Of a DNA stretch of 46,500 nt, positions 29,401-38,636 are shown one piece after another (the first letter of the stretch is position 1; every line of letters starts with the position of its first letter). Both the position numbers and the translations under genes were made by a program. This DNA is from an uncultured Alistipes sp. Its GTDB lineage: Bacteria; Bacteroidota; Bacteroidia; Bacteroidales; Rikenellaceae. The stretch is taken from assembly GCA_947178455.1 (NCBI GenBank), contig CAMWYI010000001.1, forward strand, positions 1 through 46,500, written 5' to 3'. The notes beneath the pieces are model-generated. The model had not been told where the DNA came from, did no database searches, and saw only the letters and a list, made by a program, of their open reading frames with translations.

Positions 29401-29970
29401 CTAATCTAATGACTCTGGTTCATCATCTATTGAATCTACATTGTTGGCGTCAAAAGTAAGAAAGATTTCAAGAAATGCAGCTTCTCTATAAAAGTAGTTA
29501 GGATTATCAATTAGTTTATCCTCCATAAAATGAAAACCCCAATTGGCATACTCTTCCATCGTCTGCATTAAAGCATCAACAGCCTTTCTGGGTGTTACTA
29601 ATCCCTTATCAAGAGCTATAAAATCAAAGTCTGTTTTAGCCACTAATGCAGTGAAAATAAATTCTCTTAATTTAGGATATGCTTTACGACCTTTTACGGG
29701 ATCAATATTTCCCCAGAATTGGATGGGTTGTCCAAACGATTTGATTCTTGTACTGTCGTCTATAAGCTTCTTCCTTTGGTCGTAATATAGACCGATAAAG
29801 AACGCAATGATGAAGATTTCATATCCAGCACCAAACAGCTTTCCTTTGGCATTCCCCAAATTAGTAACACCTTTCCCATAATCGCTGAAATTTTTAATTA
29901 TAGACTCTTCATAGCGCTTCTCCCAATTAGGATTACGTCTTGCCCATACTTCATATAGTTTCTCTGCCAT
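29401..29970 (-). CDS. Small protein resembling PbeD / dnd-associated (DndE-like) proteins
   Basis: 189 aa; last gene of the operon, 3 nt after the SMC-like ATPase; LFGAGYEIFIIAFFIGLY and MEEYANWG segments. Family assignment rests on position and loose motif recall. Confidence 0.5.
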   Translation of the reverse strand: MAEKLYEVWARRNPNWEKRYEESIIKNFSDYGKGVTNLGNAKGKLFGAGYEIFIIAFFIGLYYDQRKKLIDDSTRIKSFGQPIQFWGNIDPVKGRKAYPKLREFIFTALVAKTDFDFIALDKGLVTPRKAVDALMQTMEEYANWGFHFMEDKLIDNPNYFYREAAFLEIFLTFDANNVDSIDDEPESLD

Positions 29971-29973
29971 AGG

Positions 29974-32148
29974 TTATTTAATTCTTTCGGTTAATGTTTG
30001 AATTGTTGACAAATCTTCTTCATTGTAGCCGGGGGCCTTCTGTATGCGATATACAAAACATGATAATTGATTTATTTTATCAAAATTCAATTTTCGGGTC
30101 TCTGTTTCACGATCGAATTTCAATAGGTCTTTTGTAAAAATAATACATTGTTTATCAATACCATCAATGATATTATAGAAAATATCCTCTTTGAAATCTC
30201 CGAACGAAGATGTCGGAGCGTCAAAAATCAAAGGATAATCTTCATCTCTCTTTAGCGTGGTGATATTAGAAATGGCGAAAAGAACAGACATATACATTGT
30301 TGTCTTTTGTGCTCCACCCGGATTAGCTATTATAGTGTCATTTGAGCTATAAAGATTTATTTTAGCAGATCCGTCTACAGTTCTCTTTATTCTAATAACA
30401 CCGCGAAAATCATCTGCATTGAGTTTTTTTAAATATATATTAGCCTGTTTTTCAAGGGTCTTAATAAATTCTTCCACATTTCTGTCCTTTGCCGCTTCAA
30501 ATGCTTTCATTATTCGCTCAAGCGTAATATGGACTTTCTGATAGATTCTTACAATTCCATTAGACGGAACAATTTGATTCTGCTTATCTTTTAACTCTTG
30601 TTTCTGTATCTCAAGTTCTTCAAGTCTACGTTTAAGGTCCTGAAAGTCTAATGACGCTCTTTTGCTACTGTCATAGAGTCCTTTGAAATCCTTAAAGTTT
30701 TTGATAAGCATTTCTTCTGTTAGATCAGGTGTTTGAATAAGTAGTTGCATTTTTGAGTCTTCAGCCTCAATCAAGTCTTTATTTACTTTCTCTAACTCCT
30801 GCTTTCTCGTTTGTACAAAAGATAATCTATCGGCAATGACAGTTGCCAATTTAGATAATTCCTGCTCAGTATCGCCACTTAATTGAATACTACGAGTATG
30901 AAGTTCATTTATATATGTGTTTTCAAAAAGTGGTTTTATCGGGGTTTCTTGTTGTTGCACAGATTCTGATTCTTTACGAATATGCCCAAGATATTCATTA
31001 AGTTTGTCAACCATAAAATTATAAGCGTCACTCCCCTTTTCCGCAGGACGACCACAAACTTTACATATTTCATCATCAATCATCTCCTGCATTGTTTTTT
31101 TATCTGGAAGATTCCAAGGGAGAGGAGTCGCATTATTAGCTAATTTTTGTATTTCCTTAAACGCTTCTATCTTCCCTTTCTCGATAGCAATTCGTTCATC
31201 TTCGGCCCTCTGCAATTTACGTTTTTCTCGACTAAGAGCCGAGACCTTTTCTTGATATTCATTTAAAATAGAAGGATATGCACGAAGAATCCACATGTCA
31301 TCAAGCAACATGGCATTATAGTCTAGATAGATACATCCCATTAATTTCTGTTGCTCTATTTTCTTCTGTTCAATTCGGGCATTTATACCTTGAAGATTCT
31401 CACAAACATCCTGATTTTCCTCCAAAATCCTCAGACGAGTTTCATAATCTGAAACAGCCTTCTCTTTTGTGGCAATATTATTTCGTACATCAGAGATTGC
31501 AGACTGCACTTGGATTAAATCAAATTCAAGCTGTTTAATTATCGACTCTTGTTTTTTGTCTTTCCTTAGCTCTTTGGTAACCAGATTGTCAGACTGTTGC
31601 TCAAAATATGAGGTCATCTCAACAAGATCATCGAATTGCTTGATTCCAGAGAATGTGTCAACAAGCGTTTTGAGTGCCGTATTATTGTCGAATACATCTA
31701 ATTCCCGTTCTCCTTTAAAAAGGCAATATCGGCGAATCACCGTATCAAAACATGATTCCAATAATCTTTTCCCATCTTGATTATGCCGTTCCGATCCAAC
31801 AATCTCATAGCCGATGAAAGAAAAATCTCTGGTTCTTACGAAGTTGTCGGATGTTTTTTCAAAAATGAATTTTTTACATATTTCTTTCTCTCCTCCATGC
31901 TCAAAGGTCATAGTGACAGAAACTTCATCACTATCTCCTATCCCTATTTCCGCTTTACGCATTTCTGAGATATTGCTTTCGCTTTTATTGTCCTTACTGG
32001 TGTCAAGCAACCATTCAAGAGCTTCAAAGAAAGTGGTTTTACCATCGCCATTATCGCCAATAACTAAAGTAAGACCGTCAGATAACTCAAAACAGTTTTC
32101 GCCGTAATAACTGCGGAAATTTTTAATAATAATCTTATTTAGTTTCAT
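29974..32148 (-). CDS. Rad50/SbcC/DndD-like coiled-coil ABC ATPase with zinc hook (PbeC-like)
   Basis: IKNFRSY, Walker A GDNGDGKTT, central CKVC, signature-like PGGAQ, Walker B PLIFDAP, long coiled coils. Confidence 0.88.
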   Translation of the reverse strand: MKLNKIIIKNFRSYYGENCFELSDGLTLVIGDNGDGKTTFFEALEWLLDTSKDNKSESNISEMRKAEIGIGDSDEVSVTMTFEHGGEKEICKKFIFEKTSDNFVRTRDFSFIGYEIVGSERHNQDGKRLLESCFDTVIRRYCLFKGERELDVFDNNTALKTLVDTFSGIKQFDDLVEMTSYFEQQSDNLVTKELRKDKKQESIIKQLEFDLIQVQSAISDVRNNIATKEKAVSDYETRLRILEENQDVCENLQGINARIEQKKIEQQKLMGCIYLDYNAMLLDDMWILRAYPSILNEYQEKVSALSREKRKLQRAEDERIAIEKGKIEAFKEIQKLANNATPLPWNLPDKKTMQEMIDDEICKVCGRPAEKGSDAYNFMVDKLNEYLGHIRKESESVQQQETPIKPLFENTYINELHTRSIQLSGDTEQELSKLATVIADRLSFVQTRKQELEKVNKDLIEAEDSKMQLLIQTPDLTEEMLIKNFKDFKGLYDSSKRASLDFQDLKRRLEELEIQKQELKDKQNQIVPSNGIVRIYQKVHITLERIMKAFEAAKDRNVEEFIKTLEKQANIYLKKLNADDFRGVIRIKRTVDGSAKINLYSSNDTIIANPGGAQKTTMYMSVLFAISNITTLKRDEDYPLIFDAPTSSFGDFKEDIFYNIIDGIDKQCIIFTKDLLKFDRETETRKLNFDKINQLSCFVYRIQKAPGYNEEDLSTIQTLTERIK

Positions 32149-32378
32149 ATATTCGAAGTCAAGAAGTTCGACACCTGAGTGTATATTTCCTTTTGTGTAT
32201 ATTGATTTTCATTGCCATCGATAATCATTGCTACAGCTCGTATTGTGGCATTCTCTGAATCGAGGGCATCTGCAATAGTCTCGTCTCCGGTTGGAGTATA
32301 ATCTCCTAACTCAGCCAGTTTGGGGTCGGCCAATACTGCTTGCAGTATTCTGTCTCCATTTGTATAATGAGTAGCCAT
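32145..32378 (-). CDS. Small acidic protein (PbeB-like position)
   Basis: 77 aa; 7 nt after the helicase stop; ATGA overlap with the ATPase start. Confidence 0.7.
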   Translation of the reverse strand: MATHYTNGDRILQAVLADPKLAELGDYTPTGDETIADALDSENATIRAVAMIIDGNENQYTQKEIYTQVSNFLTSNI

Positions 32379-32385
32379 AATGATA

Positions 32386-34656
32386 TTAGTTAAATATTGG
32401 AATCTGGTATTGGTTTAGTATATCATCTAAAACATTTAATGTGTCGTTACAATTTTCAGAAAGCAATGCAAAATCTCGAACACGTCTTATTTCCGCAGAA
32501 ACTAAACTCTTTTCTAACTCATAGCAATCTGGGGCAAAGTTTATTTGTGGTATTACAACGAGGTCGTGAATAATAGCAAATCGTTTGTCGGGGTGTGTGC
32601 GTAAAACACGCCCTCTACGTTGAATAAATTGCCTAGGATTTCCAGTGCTTGCACAGAAGATTGCCAATTCGCTTCGTGGAACGTCAACACCTTCGTCCAA
32701 ACATTTCATAGAAGTTAATACATCGATATCGCCTTTTGCAAAATCAGTCAACATTGCATCTCTGTCGGTAGATTCTGAGGTAAATTGACGTACAACAATA
32801 TGCGAATCAATATCTCTTATAATTCGAGTGTATTCATTGATAAGATGAATAGTATCTTCGTCGTCTTTGATTCGATCTGTCGTATCAAAGATATCTGCAC
32901 CCGGATCATCGGGTTGATTCCCTTCTGGGACATATACTAACGTATATTTTAATGAACCTGTTTTCTCTCGATGTTCTTTTAAAATATCTTCAAATATGCT
33001 CTTTTTATTTTCTGCTTTATGTATAATCTGCTTCCGTTTAAGCAAAAGCCGTTTTAATATCTCACGGCTATCATCATCTTCTCGATTGATTATTTTTGCA
33101 ATCTTCTTCGATAACTCAATGTATTGAACCATCTCCTCATTTGTCAGTTCGACTAAATGTGGATAGTAATAATATTTACACAATGCATTATTCCTAATAG
33201 CCTCTGCCATTGAGTATTCAAAAGTATACACTCCATTGCAACCAAAGAAATCCATTAAGCGAGCATTACCTTCTTCGTCAAACTGACGTTCTGGAGTTGC
33301 AGACAAACCAATTCTTCGTGAATATTTTATATTGTTAAGACGTTTGGCAATGAGTCCGGCTCCCATATTATGGGCTTCGTCAGCTATGAACAATAATTTG
33401 TTCTTCGGGAACTGATTTAATTCTATGAAATTAGCCGGTCGAATAAATGATGCATATGTGGAAATTATCACATAAGATTGCTTATTGTCTGGATTTGAAA
33501 GCTCTAACATTTTTATATTTGCCAATGAGGTTTGCCATCCACTATATTTAGAGCAGACTTTAATTACATTGGTAAAGTTAAATTTTGCACACTCTTTTTC
33601 CCATTGGTCAACAAGAGTGATCGTTGGAACCAGTATAAGGGCTTTATAATAACCTAATCTTTTATAAATTTCAAGTAGGCAGTTTAATGAGGTAATGGTT
33701 TTACCAGTACCAGTTGCCATTGCAAACAGGCCTTTCTGTTGATTTGCTTTCCAGTTCTCAAAAGCTTGAATTTGATAATCTCTTGGGCCAGTCGGATACG
33801 GGAATTGCGGTTCATTGTTTCTTATGACAGCAATCTTATATTCATTGTCTTTGAGTTTATCTAAGATGACCTCCAAACGCTCTTTGGAATTATCCAATGC
33901 TTTGATAATGTGCTTCGGAATATGCTGCTGGCGCCGATTCTTTAATATATTGTATTCCGCTTCAAGTAACTCGGATATTGACTTGATAGGGAAATAATCT
34001 GTAATTCTGGTTTTAACTTTATTCGCTGATAAATATGCAACACTATCATCTTTTTCTTGGAATACATTTTCAAAGTCCTCTTTAATTGCTTTAACTTTTG
34101 CGGCCTCTATATTACCATCCCAATCGCACGATATTGTTAAACTTTCAATATTATCTACGAGTGCAGTTCTGGAGAAATTACATGATCCATCAAAACCGAC
34201 CTTATTAATACCATCAGAAAAAATACCAGATTTAGTATGAGAAATTCCAATGCCGCTTTTCGGTGCTATAATTTTAACCTCAAGGCGATTATGACGTATA
34301 AGCCAAGCTAAACAATCAAAAAAATGTTGGTCTCTCTCTGATAATGTATTTTTTATCTTTTGAATATCAAATATATCAAAATAAGGTATCTCAATATCAT
34401 CGGAGCCTGTTGCGATAGCATTCTTATCTTCATCTGTCAAAATATCATTGACAATGAGTCGCATTTTACCACCATTATAGAGGAATATGGCAAACCCATT
34501 TGCAAGTACACTTATTGCGGAGGAGGAAAAGAACCCAAGCATAAGGTCAAAGTATGTTGCATTGCATAGACAATCCGAGAAGAAACCTATTGGTTCCCAC
34601 TCGGTCCGTGATTTATAACGCCGATGTTCAGGCCATTTGATATCTGATTTTAGCAT
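32386..34656 (-). CDS. PLD-nuclease / SF2 DEAH helicase fusion (PbeA / PT-system restriction enzyme-like)
   Basis: PLD motif HTKSGIFSD..GSCN; helicase motifs RDYQ, MATGTGKT, DEAH, SAT, LDEGVDVP and QRRGRVLR. Confidence 0.9.
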   Translation of the reverse strand: MLKSDIKWPEHRRYKSRTEWEPIGFFSDCLCNATYFDLMLGFFSSSAISVLANGFAIFLYNGGKMRLIVNDILTDEDKNAIATGSDDIEIPYFDIFDIQKIKNTLSERDQHFFDCLAWLIRHNRLEVKIIAPKSGIGISHTKSGIFSDGINKVGFDGSCNFSRTALVDNIESLTISCDWDGNIEAAKVKAIKEDFENVFQEKDDSVAYLSANKVKTRITDYFPIKSISELLEAEYNILKNRRQQHIPKHIIKALDNSKERLEVILDKLKDNEYKIAVIRNNEPQFPYPTGPRDYQIQAFENWKANQQKGLFAMATGTGKTITSLNCLLEIYKRLGYYKALILVPTITLVDQWEKECAKFNFTNVIKVCSKYSGWQTSLANIKMLELSNPDNKQSYVIISTYASFIRPANFIELNQFPKNKLLFIADEAHNMGAGLIAKRLNNIKYSRRIGLSATPERQFDEEGNARLMDFFGCNGVYTFEYSMAEAIRNNALCKYYYYPHLVELTNEEMVQYIELSKKIAKIINREDDDSREILKRLLLKRKQIIHKAENKKSIFEDILKEHREKTGSLKYTLVYVPEGNQPDDPGADIFDTTDRIKDDEDTIHLINEYTRIIRDIDSHIVVRQFTSESTDRDAMLTDFAKGDIDVLTSMKCLDEGVDVPRSELAIFCASTGNPRQFIQRRGRVLRTHPDKRFAIIHDLVVIPQINFAPDCYELEKSLVSAEIRRVRDFALLSENCNDTLNVLDDILNQYQIPIFN

Positions 34657-34658
34657 GG

Positions 34659-35366
34659 TTACAGAATTAATGTTGGCATGTAGTTGATACTCAATTGAGA
34701 ATTAACCATATTTCGTTGGCAATTGGCGAATGTACACCAATGATGGGCCATGGATAAAAAATATGGTTGCCATATTTCCTTTTGAGAATTTCGCAATGCC
34801 GCTTTGTAGTTGCTGTCTGCAACAAACCAATTCTTATAATCAGATTCTGATAAAAAATTAGACAACACAAAATCAAGACCTAAAATAAAATCCATCGGCC
34901 AAATAGGGACTCTGGGCACGGGCATTATCATTAACTCTCCATGTGCTACATTCTTTATACTATGGCCTCCATAAGTTAAATGAAACCACGGATGTATGTA
35001 GTTGGATGAATTGGTGGGATCATAGTCCAAATGAATGGCAGAATGATATATTTTTCCACCTTTTCCATATCCCCTAAAACTAATTTGAAATGCATAGGTA
35101 TTAAAAACATTGTCAATATCTATATCATTAACAGTCTTGTTGTAATCAGTGGTTATGTTAATAACAGCCTCTAATTGTATTAAGCCATAAGGAATAATAT
35201 TGGGAGGGATGTATGGCAGTGTGATTTTGAGTTCCTCTATTTTGCAGGTGTCACTATTTTTAAGCATTCCTACCGCATTCATAATAGGAAATATATTATT
35301 ACACAATTTCTTACTGTAAAGAATTTGTGCAATTCTTGATAGTTCTGTTCGAATGTTTCGTGCCAT
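34659..35366 (-). CDS. Hypothetical protein with HxD...HPxxH...PR motif (DUF2290-like, putative effector)
   Basis: IHLDYDP..IHPWFHLTYGG..PRVPIWPMDFILGLDFVLSNF; 4 nt and 2 nt from its neighbours. Confidence 0.6.
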   Translation of the reverse strand: MARNIRTELSRIAQILYSKKLCNNIFPIMNAVGMLKNSDTCKIEELKITLPYIPPNIIPYGLIQLEAVINITTDYNKTVNDIDIDNVFNTYAFQISFRGYGKGGKIYHSAIHLDYDPTNSSNYIHPWFHLTYGGHSIKNVAHGELMIMPVPRVPIWPMDFILGLDFVLSNFLSESDYKNWFVADSNYKAALRNSQKEIWQPYFLSMAHHWCTFANCQRNMVNSQLSINYMPTLIL

Positions 35367-35370
35367 ATCG

Positions 35371-36483
35371 CTATCTTTTGCCTATGGTTCGTTCCAACTC
35401 TTCCAAAAAGTTACGTTCGATTTCGGCTACATTTTTCCACTCAGATTTGTTCTTTCTTCTTAATGCTGCATCGATGGAAACATATTTAGGTTCTTGCCAT
35501 GGATATAACTTATCCTGCCCATCTATAAGTAATCCGTCGATAGTGTCCATCGGTAATTTATAACCTTGGCATACAGTCCAAAATGCATCGCTTTGGGCTC
35601 TTTCGAGACATTCAGCAGCAACTAAACCGGTGAGTTCGTATCTCTCTTTTATAAGTTCGACTCTTTGTGAAGCACTCATAGATCTTAAACTGTCATGAGA
35701 TATGTTAGCACTCCACCACTTTTCAATTGACCACATCCACCATCGTTCCCATCCCTCTGAAAATACACCTTGATATTTAGCAGAGTCCAGTTGTCCCAAT
35801 AATTGAATCCAATCGTTAGATTTGGCTATATCAACACCTAATTTGGCCGCCAAAGTCTGAATATCTATAAGTAACCCTTGATGTTCCAGCAACTCGTTTA
35901 TTATGAAACTTGCAATCGTGTGCGTTGGTGTACCAATAAGGTTATTAAGTTCGGCAACAAATCTGGTGTCAATATTTTCAATGTCTGCGTGTAATATATT
36001 ATTAAGACTATCAGGCGCCGTATGGTTATTATCGATTATAATTTTATATCCTTCGGCCAAAGCGTACAATTTAGACGATATTTCATCGAATCGCTTATTA
36101 CATGTCTCTTTGTCTATACACATGTCAAACAAATCAGCGCCGGTTGTCTCCAATAGACTGACCAGCTTTTCGTTGGCAGAAAAAAGAATTATCGGGAAGC
36201 TGCATAACTTGCCCTCTTTTTGTCTTGTCCTGATTTCTTGTGCTAACGATGTTCCTCTAAAATCAGCTCGTATATTCTCTACATTAGGCAAATCACACAA
36301 ACCTAAATCCAGAATAAGACCATCTATTTCATTGGATCTATCCTGAATGTATTTCAGTTGAGATTCCCATGTGCCCTGATGTTGTTGAGCATTGATATCT
36401 AAAGCCTCTTTATTAAATCCTTTAACCTTTGCTTGCGAATTTTCAAGCTTGTCGTCATCAATGTAAATATACTTTTTTGTCAT
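35371..36483 (-). CDS. Response-regulator receiver domain with unknown C-terminal domain
   Basis: Acidic pocket YIDDD, phospho-acceptor D59 (LILDL), S102 (ILFSA), K125; directly after the histidine kinase. Confidence 0.82.
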   Translation of the reverse strand: MTKKYIYIDDDKLENSQAKVKGFNKEALDINAQQHQGTWESQLKYIQDRSNEIDGLILDLGLCDLPNVENIRADFRGTSLAQEIRTRQKEGKLCSFPIILFSANEKLVSLLETTGADLFDMCIDKETCNKRFDEISSKLYALAEGYKIIIDNNHTAPDSLNNILHADIENIDTRFVAELNNLIGTPTHTIASFIINELLEHQGLLIDIQTLAAKLGVDIAKSNDWIQLLGQLDSAKYQGVFSEGWERWWMWSIEKWWSANISHDSLRSMSASQRVELIKERYELTGLVAAECLERAQSDAFWTVCQGYKLPMDTIDGLLIDGQDKLYPWQEPKYVSIDAALRRKNKSEWKNVAEIERNFLEELERTIGKR

Positions 36484-36486
36484 TGT

Positions 36487-38628
36487 TTATTTGTTTTTAG
36501 GTATTCTGATTTCAATACACGTTGAAAAACCAGCAGTCGGTTCTACGACTTTTATAGTTCCTTTATAACTGGTAATAATATCTTTAACTATTTTGAGTCC
36601 TAATCCCGTTCCGGTTAATTGCTCATTCTGTGGAGCATCGAAACTTGCAGGCATCGATGTGGAGAAAAAGGCATTGAACACGCGCTCCCTGTTTTGCTCT
36701 GGTATACCATCTCCATTATCGTTGAAACGAACAAAAACATAGTTGCTATCTATATTGCCTATCTCTAATAAGATACGACCGGCTGTTCTTGCCCTGCGAA
36801 TGGCTTTGCGTGAGTTAGAATAGAGATTGAATAAAATTGAAGACCATTCTGATTTATGCATTGGGATAGTGTACACATCGAAATTATACTCGTCTGTATC
36901 AAATGTAATATTGTTAAATCCCAGGTCATTCGCAATAGTATTCTGAAACGTGTCGACAACCTCTAATATATCTATTGGCGCTTTCTCTCTATTTGTGTTT
37001 TGAGATATTGTCGCACTGAAAAAACGAGTATAGCTGAATAGCTCCTCGCAGTATTGTTTTAACAGATTGACAGATGTTAATGTATCAGGCGATGTTATAT
37101 TGTTTTTTAATGTGTCTATCTCTCCATAAATAGCCGGTTTATATTGTTTTATTTCATGTGTAAATTCGCCGATGGTTAATCCTAAACCAGCTAGAACTCT
37201 TAACATTCCAGCCTCCTCTATTAGCTTGTTTATTTTTCTGAGGACGTATCGCTTTTTATTTTCGTGTTCCGAACATGGATTGTTGATTAAATATTCAACT
37301 TCCCTTATAATACTATGTTCCGACTGTTCGTCTTCTTGAGAATTTTGGGTATAGTCATCCTCGTTTTTCGATTCCTTTAATAACGCTATTTTTTCAGAAA
37401 AGCGTTCCTTGGATTTAACAAGGGCCTTGTGTACAAAATCAGTAAGCTGGCGAAAAGCCTCGTTTTCTATCAAGCCTTCACGACTGGCGGTCTCTTCAAA
37501 TTCATTGCCATTTGGGTCAGATATCTCTACGAATCCGAATAGGTTTTTATTGCTTAACGGCACATTCGTACTACCAGATTCACTTGACCATCGACGGTCT
37601 ATTTGTGTCCAATCATTGGTTGGTTCGCCGTAAGGAAGTACGCGAAATCCATTGCGATAGAGACGCACGCCACTCGCGGTTTTGGATAATTCATTGATAT
37701 TTCTCAATTCTATATTAGAAATCTTCCCACCGTAGTATTCAGGACGGTTATATATGAAATAGTATATCTTAAAGTGAATATCCGACAAATTTGAATATGA
37801 GAGCTGGTCTTTGTCGTAATATATTGAAAAATTATCATTTATACCCAAGCTATCGCTTATGACAGATATTTGGCCTATATGATTACTGTCGATATAGCCA
37901 TTTATAACGGCTAGTGATTTGGTGAAAATAGAGATGTTCTCGTCGTTTACAATAGTCGTAATTCCATCAGTCGTATATCTGAATATAGCCTTGAACAAAT
38001 TTTCATCCTGTTTGGCATAATTATTTCTTTGGCTTTTGTCGGACAAATAATCCGGCTGGAACAGCTCTATTATATATCTGTATACTCTATTTATAGCAGC
38101 ATTACTCCATCCTTCTCTCAGATTATCAATAATTAATGTGGTCCCTTCATTTCTCTCTTTTTCGACTGATACTAATGGGAATGTTATGGCTGTGATATCT
38201 CTGTCGGCTTCGTATTGATTCCAATCTATCGATAAGCGCAAAGCCATATCATCGTTCAGCGTCTGCGTTATAATAGTGAGCTTCTCTCCCAATCTTTGTG
38301 TCGCGAAGCGCCCAATTCCTTTCCTGCCGGCTTTGGCTCTATGGTATTTTGCTGAGATGGGGTTGTGTATTTTATCTGTTGAGGATATACGCATAAACCC
38401 ATTTAGCAACTGTTCCTGCGACATTCCAGCCCCATTATCTGTAATAATCAGAGTTCCTCGCGGTTCTGTTGTGTTAATAAATTCCACATCTACAACTGAA
38501 GCATCTGCGTCGTATGCATTTTTTATCAATTCCGAAACGGCAGTTTCGGCACGCCCAACCAGCTCATATCCTAATCGCTGGATTAAACCCGCATCGACAG
38601 TAAAACCAATATTTATATTTTTACTCAT
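36487..38628 (-). CDS. MORC/MutL-type GHKL ATPase fused to a C-terminal histidine kinase
   Basis: N-terminal ELIKNAYDA, DNGAGM, GRKGIGRF and GTTL. C-terminal H-box FTHEIK (H491), N-box NLYSNS, G1 DNGDGI, F-box FNAFFST and G2 GTGLGL. No TM segments. Confidence 0.9.
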   Translation of the reverse strand: MSKNINIGFTVDAGLIQRLGYELVGRAETAVSELIKNAYDADASVVDVEFINTTEPRGTLIITDNGAGMSQEQLLNGFMRISSTDKIHNPISAKYHRAKAGRKGIGRFATQRLGEKLTIITQTLNDDMALRLSIDWNQYEADRDITAITFPLVSVEKERNEGTTLIIDNLREGWSNAAINRVYRYIIELFQPDYLSDKSQRNNYAKQDENLFKAIFRYTTDGITTIVNDENISIFTKSLAVINGYIDSNHIGQISVISDSLGINDNFSIYYDKDQLSYSNLSDIHFKIYYFIYNRPEYYGGKISNIELRNINELSKTASGVRLYRNGFRVLPYGEPTNDWTQIDRRWSSESGSTNVPLSNKNLFGFVEISDPNGNEFEETASREGLIENEAFRQLTDFVHKALVKSKERFSEKIALLKESKNEDDYTQNSQEDEQSEHSIIREVEYLINNPCSEHENKKRYVLRKINKLIEEAGMLRVLAGLGLTIGEFTHEIKQYKPAIYGEIDTLKNNITSPDTLTSVNLLKQYCEELFSYTRFFSATISQNTNREKAPIDILEVVDTFQNTIANDLGFNNITFDTDEYNFDVYTIPMHKSEWSSILFNLYSNSRKAIRRARTAGRILLEIGNIDSNYVFVRFNDNGDGIPEQNRERVFNAFFSTSMPASFDAPQNEQLTGTGLGLKIVKDIITSYKGTIKVVEPTAGFSTCIEIRIPKNK

Positions 38629-38636
38629 AGTCGTAT

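Noticed and set aside
29974-32148. Housekeeping SbcC/RecN, or Wadjet/Lamassu assignment for the SMC-like ATPase
   Set aside because: No SbcD phosphoesterase and no JetABD-like genes. The AT-rich cargo location and PLD-helicase neighbour fit a Pbe/Dnd-like module better. A distant Lamassu-like relationship cannot be excluded without profile searches.
34659-35366. Ubiquitin-conjugating E2 enzyme (HP motif)
   Set aside because: No catalytic Cys at the expected distance after HPxxH, and no E1, JAB or Ubl genes nearby.
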